Below are positions 27,801-39,500 of a DNA stretch of 64,000 bases, in pieces. Positions within the stretch are counted from its first letter, which is position 1; the number at the start of each line of letters is the position of its first letter. Location: positions 10,292,001 through 10,356,000 of the forward strand of contig NC_135257.1 in NCBI RefSeq assembly GCF_964204865.1, written 5' to 3'. The translations under genes were made by a program, and so were the position numbers. The stretch comes from Styela clava (lineage: Eukaryota). The notes beneath the pieces were generated by a model, which was not told where the DNA came from, made no database searches, and saw nothing but the letters and a program-made list of their open reading frames with translations.

Positions 27801-30800
27801 TTAAAAAATAGTTTGTTTTAAAATTTCATGATTTTTGTGAAATTTTTTCTGTATCGCATTGAATACTGTGATGTACTTGTGGTCATGGAAGTGCATTGAA
27901 TTAAAAGTGGAATTCTGTATCAGATCCCAGAAGTCTGTGTGAACAATTGCAGTTGGAATCATTGTGGGATAATCTTGGAAAATGTTTGAAACAATTGGAA
28001 GAAAGCAATGATCCACATGCTGTGCTGGTACTCCAGGTAATAACCATTTCAAAACTTTCACTCGATCTGTTATTATGAATAAATAGTCAGTTTAATTGAT
28101 TAGATAGCTAGTCGACAAATTTTAAGTTCTTATTTGGCAAAATTGTATGGATCAAATGGAAAATGTAGTTGAACATTATATCAATATTAAAAATGTCGCA
28201 GAATTTCATTTAAATGAAATTTGAGATTAAAGTTTCAAAAAATGTATTTTGCGAAGAAGGATCATATAAATTACAATTCTATTGTAAAAGCTATGCAGTA
28301 AGATCATAATTTACAGAATTTTTTAATTTTTTGAAAAAGAATCTAGCATGTTTGATGATTTTGCTGCCAAATTAATCTATTTGGGATATTCGGAATTAAT
28401 TAATTTGACAATAAATTTCTTGAATAACTAACTATTCAATCAATTATAGACATTTATGAGAAACTTTTTCATGATCTAAATCAGGGGTGTGCAACAGTCC
28501 TCCCGTGGGCCACAACCCGGCCCACTAAGCCATTCGGATTTTTCCCCATCAAGCATAAATTCGAATCCGACAGTTTATGTTTGAAAAGTCGCTCACATGG
28601 GTTAATATACATAATGTTTTTTGCCGTTGTTGCTGCAATAAATCTTTCGCTGTTTTGCCAGGTGTTTACTGTAAGGCTAAGCAATAGCTGCGTTCTCTTC
28701 TCTTGCCTTTTTTTGTGTGGTCCGACTAGATTTCCGGAATTGGCTATATGGCTCTCCAACAAAAAATATTGTACACCCCTGATCTAAATACTTAAACTTC
28801 CTATGTCACATTACTGAATTTTGCACCCACAAGTATTATATTATTCAGTGGCCAAATAGTTCTATCGAAAGCCTGCAATGGCATAATGATGTTGATATTG
28901 TGTGCTGTAGTATTGAATATCTATTTACATCAATCCCAGCCGACTGTAGAAGCTTTTTTCCTGGTGCATGCCTCCAAACAAAATGCAACCAAATCAGCAG
29001 ATGTGCATAAGGATGGTGAATCACAATTATCACATTTGGATCTACAACCTCTTTCTCCATCTCTAAGTTCAGGTTGTTATTTTTTGATATTGGATATTTC
29101 TGTTACACAAATATTTATCATATGGGCATGTTCATATGGTTTGAATAGCAAATGTCTGAGTTGAGTGAATTTCACATCTATGTGTGCCATTTCGAATTTC
29201 ATTCTTATAATAGTGAAATAAAGTAAGGGTTATTATAAAGCTGTGTGATCTTTCCCCTTCTGCCTATATTATTACTATTGGACAATAACAATTGTGCGCA
29301 TGATAGCATAGTGGTCAAAATGTTTGACGTTCGCATCGCAGTTTTTTTACCCAAAGTTCAAATCCCATGCCTTCCACCTCGCTTCAATTGGTTGGGCAAT
29401 GCCGAATTGGAAAGATTTTAGTTCTTTTAAAAATAGTGAGTTACTTACATATCATTAGATATCAGTGGCCTCTTGCACATTTTTTTTTAGGGGCAAAAAT
29501 TAGCGTCTTATTTGTGTAGTTTCTAGCTGTCTGTTCTGGTTCACTTATAATAGTTAAATATTCAACTTTGATTCCTATTTTTCAGAAGTAGCAACTTTAC
29601 AACAATCACAAAGTTCAGTATCCAATGATGATAATTTGAGTAGCGAAACAAAGAAATTCCTTGACTTTGCAGGTAAGTGATCTAAATTAATTGAAGCAAA
29701 CTGCTGATCTATTATACATATTATGTTAAATAAGCGCTTGAATATATCATATTGATATGCGTTAGAGAATTTTTGATGTGGCGTCAAATAGTGATATACA
29801 TAGCTATATAATTGGACATTTAAAGATTTGGTCCAGAATTAATGCAGAAAACCAATTTCTGAACGCCATGTTGTCATTTTGTTTATTTTATGCAATTTAT
29901 TTAACTTGGTGATTTCAGTTGTAAAGTTTATTGAGAAGCCTTAAAAATTAGTTTCATTATATGCTCAAATTTGTTAGGGAGAGAATCTATCTGAATTTTG
30001 ATATAAAAATTAGGAATTTGGTTATTGTCACGTGTCTGTTTTTAAGAAAATAAATATATTTGTTTGCCTACTGTTTTCATTTCAAGTTTTTTGAAGTGTT
30101 TTGTACGAATTTAATTTTAGACACACATCGCAGCATTCTCAACCAGATACTGCGTCAATCCAATGTGCCATTGACAGAAGGTCCATTCTCTGTTCTTGTA
30201 AATCACACAAAAGTACTGGATTTTGATGTTAAAAGACAACATTTCAGACAAGTGAGAAACCACTGGTCCAATCCTGGTTAAAATATTTTAAGATAACAAA
30301 ATTAAATTTGTAACAGGACTTTATGAACACTCTGTATTATAACATGACTATAAAGATGCTATTAGTCATCTTGAATTAATTGCTCATTAATTTTAAATTT
30401 CAAATAAGAGTTATTTATGCCATATCTAGTTTGGTGAAGTAAAAAAAAATTGGATAAACTCCAATTAAAATAAAACAATCTCTGTTAAGATATATTGTCA
30501 CTCTGACAATGAACATATTATAACATGACTAATAAGATGCGATTAGTCCATCTGAATTCTTGTCAACTTTTGTCCACTCATATAAATCTTATAATATATT
30601 ATCAGGAACTTGAACGATTGGAAGAGAATTCAATGTCTAGAAGAGATGACATTGCAATAAGAGTTCGAAGACAACATGTGTTTGAAGATTCATTCCGTGA
30701 ATTACACAGAAAATCAAAAGAAGAATTGAAAAGTCGTTTGTACATTGTTTTCGAAGGAGAAGAAGGACAGGTAATGCATTATTCGGAGTATTAGTATAAG

Positions 30801-33800
30801 AATGTGGATATAATTGCCATTATCCAATACACAGGAACAAATTGAGTATTCTCAGAAAATAGGTTTATCTAAAACAGTTACCGTAATTCTTGATTTTAAG
30901 AGTAAATGTTACATTTTTCCTCAATAAAATAGGGTCATTTTGAGAGATTGATACCTGACCATTGGGTAGAAAATAAGGTATTTTAAATTGTGAAAACTGT
31001 AAAAGGTATAAAATCAAATAGACAAAGGGTACTTCCGTTGTGTGTGTACCATGTTGAGGTTAGGCCATGATTTTATTCCGATTTTCTATATTTTAGTCTA
31101 TTTACGAGTCTATTTACGGGTTCAGGGACTGTCTGTGTTAGCCAAGTGAATATACCCCGTGCCCATAGGTTTCTGTCCCTTTGCACAACTTGATGTAACA
31201 TAGGCGAACAAAATTAGTTACCTCCATATTGGTACACACACTTCTGGAACGCTGAACAATGTATATTAGAATCTGCATTATTACATTTGATCATCATCAA
31301 TATTCACTGATTTGTACAGATTTCACTACTGAGTAAGACTGAATTGAGATTAGGCTCAATATTTAGCTGTTCTACAGTTCACATATCCTAATACAGCTTC
31401 GTAATATCTATTTTATTTATATTTAGACGTACATTTTCTAAGGTAAAATTTAGCTCTAATTGATCTCCATATACCACAGGATGCAGGTGGATTACTCAGA
31501 GAATGGTATTTAATCATTTCAAAGGAAATATTCAATCCTATGTATGCATTGTTCCGTACATCACCAGGTGACAGAGTCACGTACACTATTAATCCAGCAT
31601 CCTATATCAACTCTAATCATCTCTCCTATTTCAAGGTTTGTGCATTGCGTTTAAATTTGACACATTTTTAAGAACAACTGTAAAAAGGAATGCTTCTATA
31701 TATTTGGATTGCAAGATTTGGATATAATTCCGAGTTATGCAAATCTGCTCTCTTTAGTAACTTAAAACAACTTTTTACAAGCTTTTGAGGGGCAACATTA
31801 GTGGATTTTTGTTCATCTCAAAATTGATTTTTACTGGTGGATTTTTGGTCATCTCAAAAACTCAAAATTGACTTTTATGAGTTGTGTCAAACATCTCGTT
31901 TTGTAAATTGTGCTGATCCACCTCATTTGTTCTGTAAAATTTGATACGACAAATTTAACTAAAAATTTATAATATATAAATATCTGAATTTTTTAAATAA
32001 AAATTATTGTTCGAATTAATTTAATTTTGATCTTCATTTGGACAAGATTCTTCAGTTGTTTGTACCCTAACATCAAAAATTGTTTCAGTTTGTTGGTGGA
32101 ATTGTAGCAAAAGCAATATACGACAACAAGTTACTGGATTGTTATTTCACTCGGTCATTTTATAAACATATTCTCGGAAAACCAGTTCGTTATCAAGATA
32201 TGGAAAGTGAAGATTATGCATTCTCACAAGGCCTTGTCTATTTGCTTGAAAACGATGTGTCATCATTTGGAAGTGAACTCAACTTCAGTGTAGAGGTGTG
32301 TGTTTTATCAGTTTTCATCGAGAGCAGTGGATCTCCAACTTTTTAAGTCGCGCTTCCTTCCACGACGCCTCACTTAAAAAATAACTAGCTAGCAATAAGC
32401 TACAAATAACAGATAGTAAGGCGAAAGTATGTTTTTTTCGAAAAAATATGTGGAAGTTGAATATACATGGAGGGAGTGGTAAATAATGAAAAAAAGGAAA
32501 GGTTTTGAAATGTAAATATCCAAATTAAGGCGGGCAAGTTCAAATCTAACAAATATTTTTATTTTTCATTAGCTTCACGCCCCCTCAAAAAATTGTCTAC
32601 ACCCTCTTGCGGGGCGCGCCCAATCGTTTGAAACCACTGATCTAAGGATAAACTGCGAATATGCTTTCAAATATTTTATTGTCTTTTTTAAGAAGTATGT
32701 TCTATTTATAACTGAAGCTTTTTCAGTTGTCAGATTCAATATGGCGGAATGGTTTATCTTGCATTGGATATGATTTCATAATAAAGCTCATTCAATGCAC
32801 AATTTCAAATATTTTAATTAGGTATTTTTAACGTCCGATCGTAGCATAGTAATCTGAAAGTGCTTTGTAATTTATTATACAGTAACATATTCATTGTTGC
32901 TTTTATCCTATTATATACCAATCATTGCAATTTCATCATTCTATTCAAGATTATGGAGTTTGGAAAAACAGAAACAAGAGACTTAAAAGAAAATGGTCGT
33001 GATATTCCAGTTGAAGAATCTAATAAAAAAGAATATGTCCATCTGGTATGTCAGGAAAAAATGACCGGTGCAATTCGACAACAACTGAGGTAAGAGTGCA
33101 TACTTATATATAACATTAAATCTCACAATCTTGCCTGAAACTTCATTTCAAATCGTACTTTTGGAACAAACATATCACGATGAGCTTTATGTCTACTATT
33201 TGGTTGGATGCTATGGGAGGTTTGGATTTGTCCACTGTGTGTGCAATGTTGAGCAACTTATAATCAATTACTATATTCAAAAGAAATTGTATGTTCTTAG
33301 TCAACAATTTTCTTGGCGCACAAAATGAATATTTGTTCTAATACTCAGTTAAAGCCTTCACAGAATTTGAACAAAACTCATGGTTTCATTGCTACATGAG
33401 TTATAAATCCTACTGAATAATTGGTTAGAGCTTACTGATATATAAGTTTATGAAATTCTAATAGTATTTGATAGTTTTTGAGTTACCGGTTTTTGTCTTT
33501 CAGTGCATTTTTGGAAGGATTTTACGAAATCATACCGAAAAGGTTAATTTCAATATTTGATGAACAAGAATTGGAATTACTTATTTCGGGTCTCCCAACT
33601 GTCGACATCGAGGATTTACGCAACAACACTGAATATCACAAATACGAAACAAGCTCACTGCAAATTCAATGGTTCTGGAGAGCATTGCGTTCGTTTGATC
33701 AAGCAGAAAGAGCAAAATTTTTGCAATTTGTAACAGGTTAGCAGTGGGTAGTTAAATTGTTCTCCAGAAGTGTGTACCAATATGGGGGTAACTAATTTTG

Positions 33801-35024
33801 TTTGCCTTTTTTACATCAAATTGTGTAAAGGGACCAATACCTATGGGCAGGGCGCATATTCAATGGCCAACACAGACAGTCCCGGAACTCCGGTAATAGG
33901 ACTAAAATAAGTAAAATCTGAATGAAAAAAAATAAGACCTCACCCTAACCTGGTACACACACTACGGGAATACCGTTAAATGTAGTCACTGCAGGTGTTG
34001 GTTGCCTGCTAGAGGGCAAACTTCAGCCGTCTTTTCTGAAGTTAAATACATTGAACGTTTTTGAGATAATTTGCTCGAAGCAAGGTCAAGTGCAGTCTAC
34101 CAGTAATAAAGGTGACACATCCCATGGCAAACTGAAACTCTATATAGTTATAGTGATGCATTATGCGGCTATGCTCTATTAAATGTCGATAAAGGCACAG
34201 CATGTGGAAATCTTGTCAAATACAAAATACAGAATATGTAACATAATTAATGTTGTAGGAACATCAAAAGTACCCCTGCAAGGTTTTGCTCATCTAGAAG
34301 GAATGACTGGTGCTCAGAAATTCCAAATTCACAGAGACAGTAGATCTACATCAAGACTACCTTCAGCTCATACATGGTAAGGTTGTAATCATAAAGTTAA
34401 AAATGTGGTGTCTGATCTCCAAATATAGTTCTGATTCAGGTTTATAAAACATTGTCTGGAGAAAAGGTTTGAAACAAATCACTAGGAAATATTTTAGATT
34501 AATTAGAGTTACATGAAATAACATTGTAACATATCAATTCGATTAGAGGTAATTGAAAAGCTGTTCAAGTTTCTTTGATCTTTTGTGTTCTCAGTAGTAT
34601 ATTTAGACAGAAGATATTATTATTCAAAAAAATTGTATGTAGTTCGATAGCCTTTCATTGGTACATAAAAAGAATCGAATTGTTATTCAATAATGGGAGA
34701 AAAATCAGTACTCCTCTAGTCACCCGAAAAATCATTTCATGAACCATAGTTTCTACCATTCTGACTAGCATTGCATGGGAATACCTCGTCAGTGGTAGAC
34801 AGCGGAATGTATGGTATCTCCCGTATAGTACTGCCCAACAGAATTAACCGGTTTTCTACCTCTGATGTAATTAACATCCCCAAAGTCCTCTTCATATTCA
34901 ACTTGCCTTTGTATTTTTCAGTTTCAACCAATTGGATCTACCAGCGTATGAAACCTATGACAAACTTCGACATATGTTATCGCTTGCCATCAATGAATGT
35001 CAGGAAGGATTTGGACTTGCTTGA
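804..35024 (+). CDS. HUWE1: E3 ubiquitin ligase HUWE1 (Mule/ARF-BP1) ortholog, 5'-truncated by the window, 49 exons
   Basis: Phase-consistent GT-AG exons: 804-935, 1421-1551, 2189-2392, 2813-2970, 3707-3887, 4541-4724, 5387-5576, 6007-6186, 6694-6764, 7179-7340, 7521-7599, 7686-7819, 8306-8404, 9110-9303, 9669-9870, 10667-10822, 11059-11149, 11660-11728, 12154-12335, 12871-13051, 13647-13754, 14378-14591, 15032-15179, 15790-15916, 16255-16463, 16916-17006, 18823-19020, 19618-19734, 20175-20292, 20620-20755, 21234-22269, 22742-22991, 23375-23394 (or -23490), 24075-24290, 25116-25326, 25946-26057, 26587-26713, 27493-27678, 27924-28036, 28940-29072, 29586-29672, 30121-30251, 30606-30770, 31480-31635, 32089-32295, 32950-33089, 33504-33736, 34259-34376, 34922-35024 (TGA 35022-35024). 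HUWE1-type motifs: [30 protein letters not shown] (WWE), [35 protein letters not shown] (UBM), LFVEEPRLN, and HECT ending LPSAHTCFNQLDLP..EGFGLA*. Confidence 0.97.
2281..2905 (+). other. HUWE1: HUWE1 WWE domain (two exons)
   Basis: [65 protein letters not shown]. Confidence 0.9.
2591..2677 (+). mobile_element. Family A element, 3' half only
   Basis: gtttcagtcccttt..aaattagttacctccatatt..tctagagcgcc matches the 3' half of family A. Confidence 0.75.
4064..4273 (+). mobile_element. ~210-bp non-autonomous element family A (MITE-like), copy
   Basis: Ends GGTACTCCC..TCTGGAGCGCC; near-identical copies at 23725-23940, 31028-31252 and, reversed, at 16567-16723, 20901-21112, 33762-33974. Confidence 0.85.
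8742..9049. mobile_element. hAT-like MITE
   Basis: TIR CAGTGGTTTTCAAACT / AGTTTGAGAACCACTG; 8-bp TSD TTATAAAT/TTCTAAAT; reversed sister copy at 32325-32639. Confidence 0.85.
10250..10555 (+). repeat. Degenerate ~29-bp minisatellite in a HUWE1 intron
   Basis: About 10 imperfect units of ttatggcttataacca..(a/t)ttttca. Confidence 0.75.
15390..15522 (-). mobile_element. tRNA-derived SINE-like element
   Basis: Minus strand has an A-box-like TGGCCTAGTGG and a B-box GGTTCAAATCC; body cacccagggtg shared with 25494-25620. Confidence 0.6.
15945..16100 (+). mobile_element. SINE-like element
   Basis: GGTTTGAATCC, then gtcaggttacgtcttcctccatcat..ctggtttacc; similar to 17888-18120. Confidence 0.5.
16567..16723 (-). 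mobile_element. Family A element, internally deleted
   Basis: Reverse complement of family A (ggcgctccaga..ggtacacacactacggg). Confidence 0.8.
17090..17180 (+). ncRNA. let-7: let-7 family pre-miRNA #1; mature 5p 17096-17117 UGAGGUAGUAGGUUAUGCAGUU
   Basis: Exact let-7 5' half (UGAGGUAGUAGGUU). 3' arm AACUGCAUAAUCUGAAAUCUCU pairs back. Basal UG at -14, apical UGUG, CAUC 16 nt after the predicted 3p end. Sense to the HUWE1 intron. Confidence 0.95.
17599..17685 (+). ncRNA. let-7: let-7 family pre-miRNA #2; mature 5p 17609-17630 UGAGGUAGUAGGUUAUGUAGUG
   Basis: let-7 seed; 3' arm ACUGCCUAACCUUUCACCUCCACCC pairs back; loop contains GGAGAU (17649-17654); CAUC 18 nt after the predicted 3p end. Confidence 0.95.
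17888..18120 (+). mobile_element. SINE-like insertion between let-7 hairpins 2 and 3
   Basis: B-box-like GGTTTGAATCC and body (gtcagttactgcttcttccaccat..ctggtttacc) shared with 15945-16100. Confidence 0.5.
18282..18360 (+). ncRNA. let-7: let-7 family pre-miRNA #3; mature 5p 18288-18309 UGAGGUAGUAGGUUAUAUCAGU
   Basis: let-7 seed; 3' arm AACUGUAUAUCCUACUAGCUUA pairs back; loop GGAG (18328-18331); CAAC 16 nt after the predicted 3p end. Confidence 0.95.
18406..18486 (+). ncRNA. let-7: let-7 family pre-miRNA #4; mature 5p 18412-18433 UGAGGUAGUGGUUUAUGCAGUU
   Basis: let-7 seed; 3' arm AACUGUAUAGUCUACUUUCUC pairs back; apical UGUG; CAUC 17 nt after the predicted 3p end. Confidence 0.92.
19220..19370 (+). 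repeat. Tandem duplication, period 81 bp
   Basis: cttcattttggtctgcagtaaattt..aaatatctgaaatc..aactaattacaaataaa occurs at 19220 and 19301. Confidence 0.85.
20230..21410 (+). other. HUWE1: HUWE1 ubiquitin-binding motifs (three UBM-like repeats)
   Basis: [19 protein letters not shown]; [19 protein letters not shown]; [24 protein letters not shown]. Confidence 0.85.
20901..21112 (-). mobile_element. Family A element
   Basis: Reverse complement of family A, including cctaaccctaacctggtacacacactacgggagtac. Confidence 0.85.
23725..23940 (+). mobile_element. Family A element
   Basis: ggtactcccgtcgtatgtgtaccaggttagggttaggcc..ctggagtgcc. Confidence 0.85.
25494..25620 (+). mobile_element. tRNA-derived SINE-like element, diverged copy
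   Basis: tggctggtggtttaagcattgaacttaactatg..cacccagggtatgttaaatagagtagg resembles the reverse complement of 15390-15522. Confidence 0.5.
26834..27053. mobile_element. Tc1/pogo-like MITE
   Basis: Inverted ends CAAGAATACCTCGGTAGT / ACTACCGAGGTATCACTG, flanked by TA. Confidence 0.65.
28482..28781. mobile_element. hAT-like MITE with perfect TSD
   Basis: TIR CAGGGGTGTGCAA / TTGTACACCCCTG; identical 8-bp TSD ATCTAAAT on both sides. Confidence 0.9.
31028..31252 (+). mobile_element. Family A element
   Basis: ggtacttccgttgtgtgtgtacc..cttctggaacgc. Confidence 0.85.
32325..32639. mobile_element. hAT-like MITE, inverted sister of 8742-9049
   Basis: CAGTGGATCTCCAACT..TTTGAAACCACTG; internal aaataactagct..agctacaaataacagatagtaagg is the reverse complement of the 8742 copy. 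Confidence 0.8.
33762..33974 (-). mobile_element. Family A element
   Basis: ctccagaagtgtgtaccaatatg..ccctaacctggtacacacactacgggaatacc. Confidence 0.85.
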
Positions 35025-35880
35025 TCACAGCGACATTTTTTTGTCGTTTTAGGGCCAATGCGCAATATAGCATTTTCTCTTTGATGCGTGATTCATCTTG
35101 TAATGTTATGCTAAATTTTATAGGTGCATACTACAATATGATTTATAAATAATAGTACAGTTTTTGCCTGAATCTATTTTTGTTCCATGTTTCTACTTAG
35201 TCCTAAAGTTTCCTTAAATGTTCAGACATAACTGTGAGTGATTGAAAATCTTTCTCTCTCATTACCATACGTCCATTTTAAAATTTTTTGAAGTTCAACT
35301 CAAATGTTTCTGATAGAAAGTATGAAGAGCGATTACTTTCTATGACTTACAACTTGCCCACCCAAACCTTTTTTTGATGCTTGCCTGTATTATTGTGCTA
35401 CAAATATAAATGCTTACCTGAAGCAGTTGACGTATCCACTGCATTATCAAACGGAACCACCTGACTCAAAACTTGTTTTTCTGGTTTGCTGTTCTGTGTC
35501 TTGAGCAAGTTTATATAACTGATTGAAAATTTTAAAGTAAGGCTCGTATTGGCATGATTTCATGTGAATACTTCATCTATTCGAAGCCCATCCCTACCAT
35601 TAAAGTAGATATATTGTGTGATTTTTGTAAACTTTGAAAAAAATTCAAAGACAAACGACTACGACACATCAGCATGTATATGGTGATATCAAATAATATA
35701 GGTATTTAGTCGTTGTGTGTTCCAATTTTTTGCCTTGGCAGACTTTTGATAAATTTATAGAAATTAAGTTCAAATGTGTGATCAACAAAGCATGATGGCA
35801 TATGTGTGACATGATGTTGTATAAATCTTTTTTTCTTATTTGCTGTGTTAATGACGTTTATTTGCGCGTTTTCTGGGATA

Positions 35881-35886
35881 AATAAA
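35881..35886 (+). terminator. Candidate HUWE1 polyadenylation signal
   Basis: AATAAA about 860 nt after the stop codon, followed by a GT/T-rich tract (gcgtgcttgtatttggttt). Confidence 0.5.
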
Positions 35887-36535
35887 TTGAATGAATTAAA
35901 GCGTGCTTGTATTTGGTTTATGGATGGTCTGCAGATAGTGATCTTCCGTAAAGTATTGGGGAAAATATCGTCTCAGTGTTAACAGACTTAGATATCGTGT
36001 ATTTGCTGCGGTTGTCCATAGTTGACTTTGCAATTCTGGCTGTGGTTTAACGACCGTTTGCTTGCGTCGCTAGAAGGCTAATCCCATTACAGAGTGGTAT
36101 CTTTACTTCGGGGTAGAGAAAGTCTATTTTTTGGCAAAAATAGTGTCGATTAAACATGAGTATCATCTTTATTATAATCAGGCAAAGGTAGCCGTAGTCT
36201 CTCTCATGGCTAGCGGATACACTTGTTCCATGTAATTCCACGTGCACAGGGCTGGAGCGTACACTCTGCTCGTAAACAGTGATACAATAAGAGTTTTTAT
36301 ACACAGAATGCTTATCTCGGTAACTGTGAACCATTGATTTGGGTTAATTATTACATAAATTTGATTGGTTAATATGGGCTTTGCTGTGAACGTGTTTAGT
36401 ACGACACTAGGCGGATTAGGCCCCTTGAACTGATGCTTCCAGATTGGGCAGCAAAATTAAGCCATGTCACCCTTCGTAAGAAATAAATATTTCCCAAATA
36501 TAAGCAAGATTACACAAGTTTATATAAGTTCACTC

Positions 36536-39500
36536 CTAAACGTATACACGGAGTTGACTCGGTTTTGAGTTAGAATCACGGCGATTAGTTGGACTTCCAC
36601 CAAGCAAATATTTGAGCTTGTATCTCCTGACCAGAAGCTCTAGCACTTTATGGCTCTTTTGCATTCTGTTATTCATTTTTAGTGAAAAGATTGCAGCGTT
36701 AATGGCTCCACGCCGAACTGAAGAAAATCTTTTGTCTTTCGTGACGACAGGTGTATCCGAACGTTTTTTCCTGGGATTTCGTATGCGAAAATCTAATGTT
36801 GAAGCAATGTAGAAACCTTCTTCGTCGTCTGTTTTAAGGCTTGGGTTAATTTTTCCCTTTTCATTATTACTTATTGTCGCAATTTTTACAGTTTTTTCTT
36901 TTTGAGTAATTTTCTTCTCAGTAATTTTCTTTTCTTCTCCACAGTTTTTCATATTATTGCTCGAAACTGTGCCCAATTCTTCGTTTTCCAACTGGTTTTT
37001 AGGCCTGCCTATCATATTTTTGCCAAATCGAAATACGTAACACACGATGCGGTGCATATTTGGTATCAAATTCATCGGCGGAGGCCTGATCACTTCTCGA
37101 CGAAAGAACCGGATCCAAACGGACGTTCTATGGAACTTCCATTCCATATCTTCATTTTCGCTAGTGACGGTATAAGAATTGTTCAACATGGCTATCAACA
37201 TATTCATCATAACAATGACGGCAGCTCCATAGTAAAGTCCTAACATTAAAAACCCTATAATAAAACGAAAAAGAGTATTAAAGGAAAGAGAACAGAATTG
37301 GCAAGGGTTACCGATTAAGGTTCGGACAATCTCATTTCTGCGTTTTCCGATGCTTTTCTCGGCTGCAAATAGAATGAAGATGTTGTGAATGAATAGAATG
37401 AAAACTTTTCATTCCTTTTTTCACAGCGTTTGAATTATAACTTAGGGTCTCAATCGCCATTTAAATGGCCTGTTGTAGCTTATAGAGGGCCATTGGGATG
37501 ACACACAAGCAACAGTTTGACGTTAGGGAAGCTACACAAAATGCGTTTTGTCAATTAGTCACATAGGCTTTTTATTCTATTCGGATCAAGTGTATTGAGC
37601 TAAAAAAAACTCTTGGATATATTCACATTTAAAATAACTACAAAACAAAGAGAAATATATATAAAATATTACTCGCCTAACTGTTCTGTAAACTTATGAT
37701 TTCCGTTGAGAGCCAGATTATCTGGCTCGAAATATCCAAACAAAGCCCAAAATAAACTTCTCAATGCATATAGAATGGTGCTAAAGGATTTGCCTTTCAA
37801 ACTGGTACAATCCGCCGTTGTGGTGGAAGACGAAGTTGTTGTGTTAACTGGAAGTGTAAAGATGCTACATTAAACTGAGATGAACTAATCCATTTAAAAC
37901 ATCTTAATTTTTCATATATATTCAAATTTCCCTCTTCAACATATTGTTACCTCCAAGGTCCCAGAGCTGAATTTTCATATTGTGCATAAGAATATGAGGA
38001 ATAGGCATAGCCGCATGTGGTAAATCAAATAAATTATTAAACTAAGAACTATCTTTTTTTATTCATGGTATGTGCAAAAATTCATATTTTGCTTTATGAA
38101 TTTTTAAACCCCAGTCAAACGCACATCCAGTCATTTCAAATTAGACCTTTAAATATAAACTAAAACAGTTAATAACTAATTTATACCGTATGAAATTGGG
38201 GGAGACTCGTTGGAAAAAAAAAAACTTTTCGTCGAGTCCTAAGGCTAAATCAAACCTAGTCTGATCTTTACTCTTTTCTGTCCAATGCAACTTAATATCT
38301 CAGTATATCTTTATCTTTTGGTGCTATTTATGACAGATTTGTCTTAGTAAAACAGACCTCTGAACGAGTTATATTCTAATTCTTGAACTGGAACAACAGC
38401 ATTACAGTCACTGATTTGAAACGTTATCACTATAGGTGTACAGATACCTGGCGGAACTCTCTTGTGTGAGCAGTAAATGCGTGTGCCCTCTTTCGTACCA
38501 TAATACCAGTATAAGTGATTGAGACCGAATGCAAATCCACACATCATGAGAAGAAAAATGTATAGAAATCGCATTACATCATACATCATTCGTCCCAGTG
38601 ATACCTGAAGTGGGCCTGAGAAATGAGGATCATAAATAAGCAATAAATGGACTATACGATTTCAGGGTTTTCAATCAAGTTATTCACATATTATGCACAA
38701 CCATATAAATCAAGAAAAACTTGTTCGTGCGTTGTATTCCTACCGACTAGCTAGTTGTGTATAAGTTTATGTCGCTCGTATTAAGGGCTTGTGTTAAAGC
38801 TGTTGAAGTGTGATTTCTATTTTAAGTATATATGTTATGCAGTATATATTTGAGTTAATGGCAATGTCACGGTAACCATTTCATATTATATATATTACGA
38901 AATGTTCTGGAAATTTCATGTTGGCGAATGTTTTCCGCTATAAGGAACTTACCTAAGCTTTGATTTACTCTGAGCAGACCAAGAAGACGGACAAATGCAA
39001 ATAAGTAAGCACATGATTGTAAACCATCAGCTACAAGCCTCGGCTCATACGAACTCCATTTCACTCTATGTAGGGTTCTGCTTGCATTTTGGTTTTGCAA
39101 AATGTCGACGCACCTTAAACAATACGTCACATGTTAGGCTAAGGCCTCGTCAACGTTAATAGAGAGCAACTGAATTCTAAAAAAATGAAAATTTGTAAAA
39201 CATGTCCCGCATGTTCAAAAAAATTTAATTTGGTCCCAAATAACAATTCAAAGGCAAAATTCATGTTGAACAAATGCTAGGCCTTTTCCTAATACCAGAA
39301 CGTGAGCATTTTTATACTCGTACTACGTTGGTAATAAAACATGAAGACGTGATTAGCTAAAAGGACTTACCGTATCTATTTCGGTACTTCTAAAATATGC
39401 GTACCCAGCTGACGGAGACCGGAACGTAGTATATGTGTGTACCAGGTCATAATTTTAAGTACAAATACTACGGGAGTCACTTTGCTAGTCCAAACTCGTA

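Larger units (their letters stand above)
30606..35024 (+). other. HUWE1: HUWE1 HECT catalytic domain; catalytic Cys codon split across the last intron (TG 34375-34376 + T 34922)
   Basis: [52 protein letters not shown]. Confidence 0.95.
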
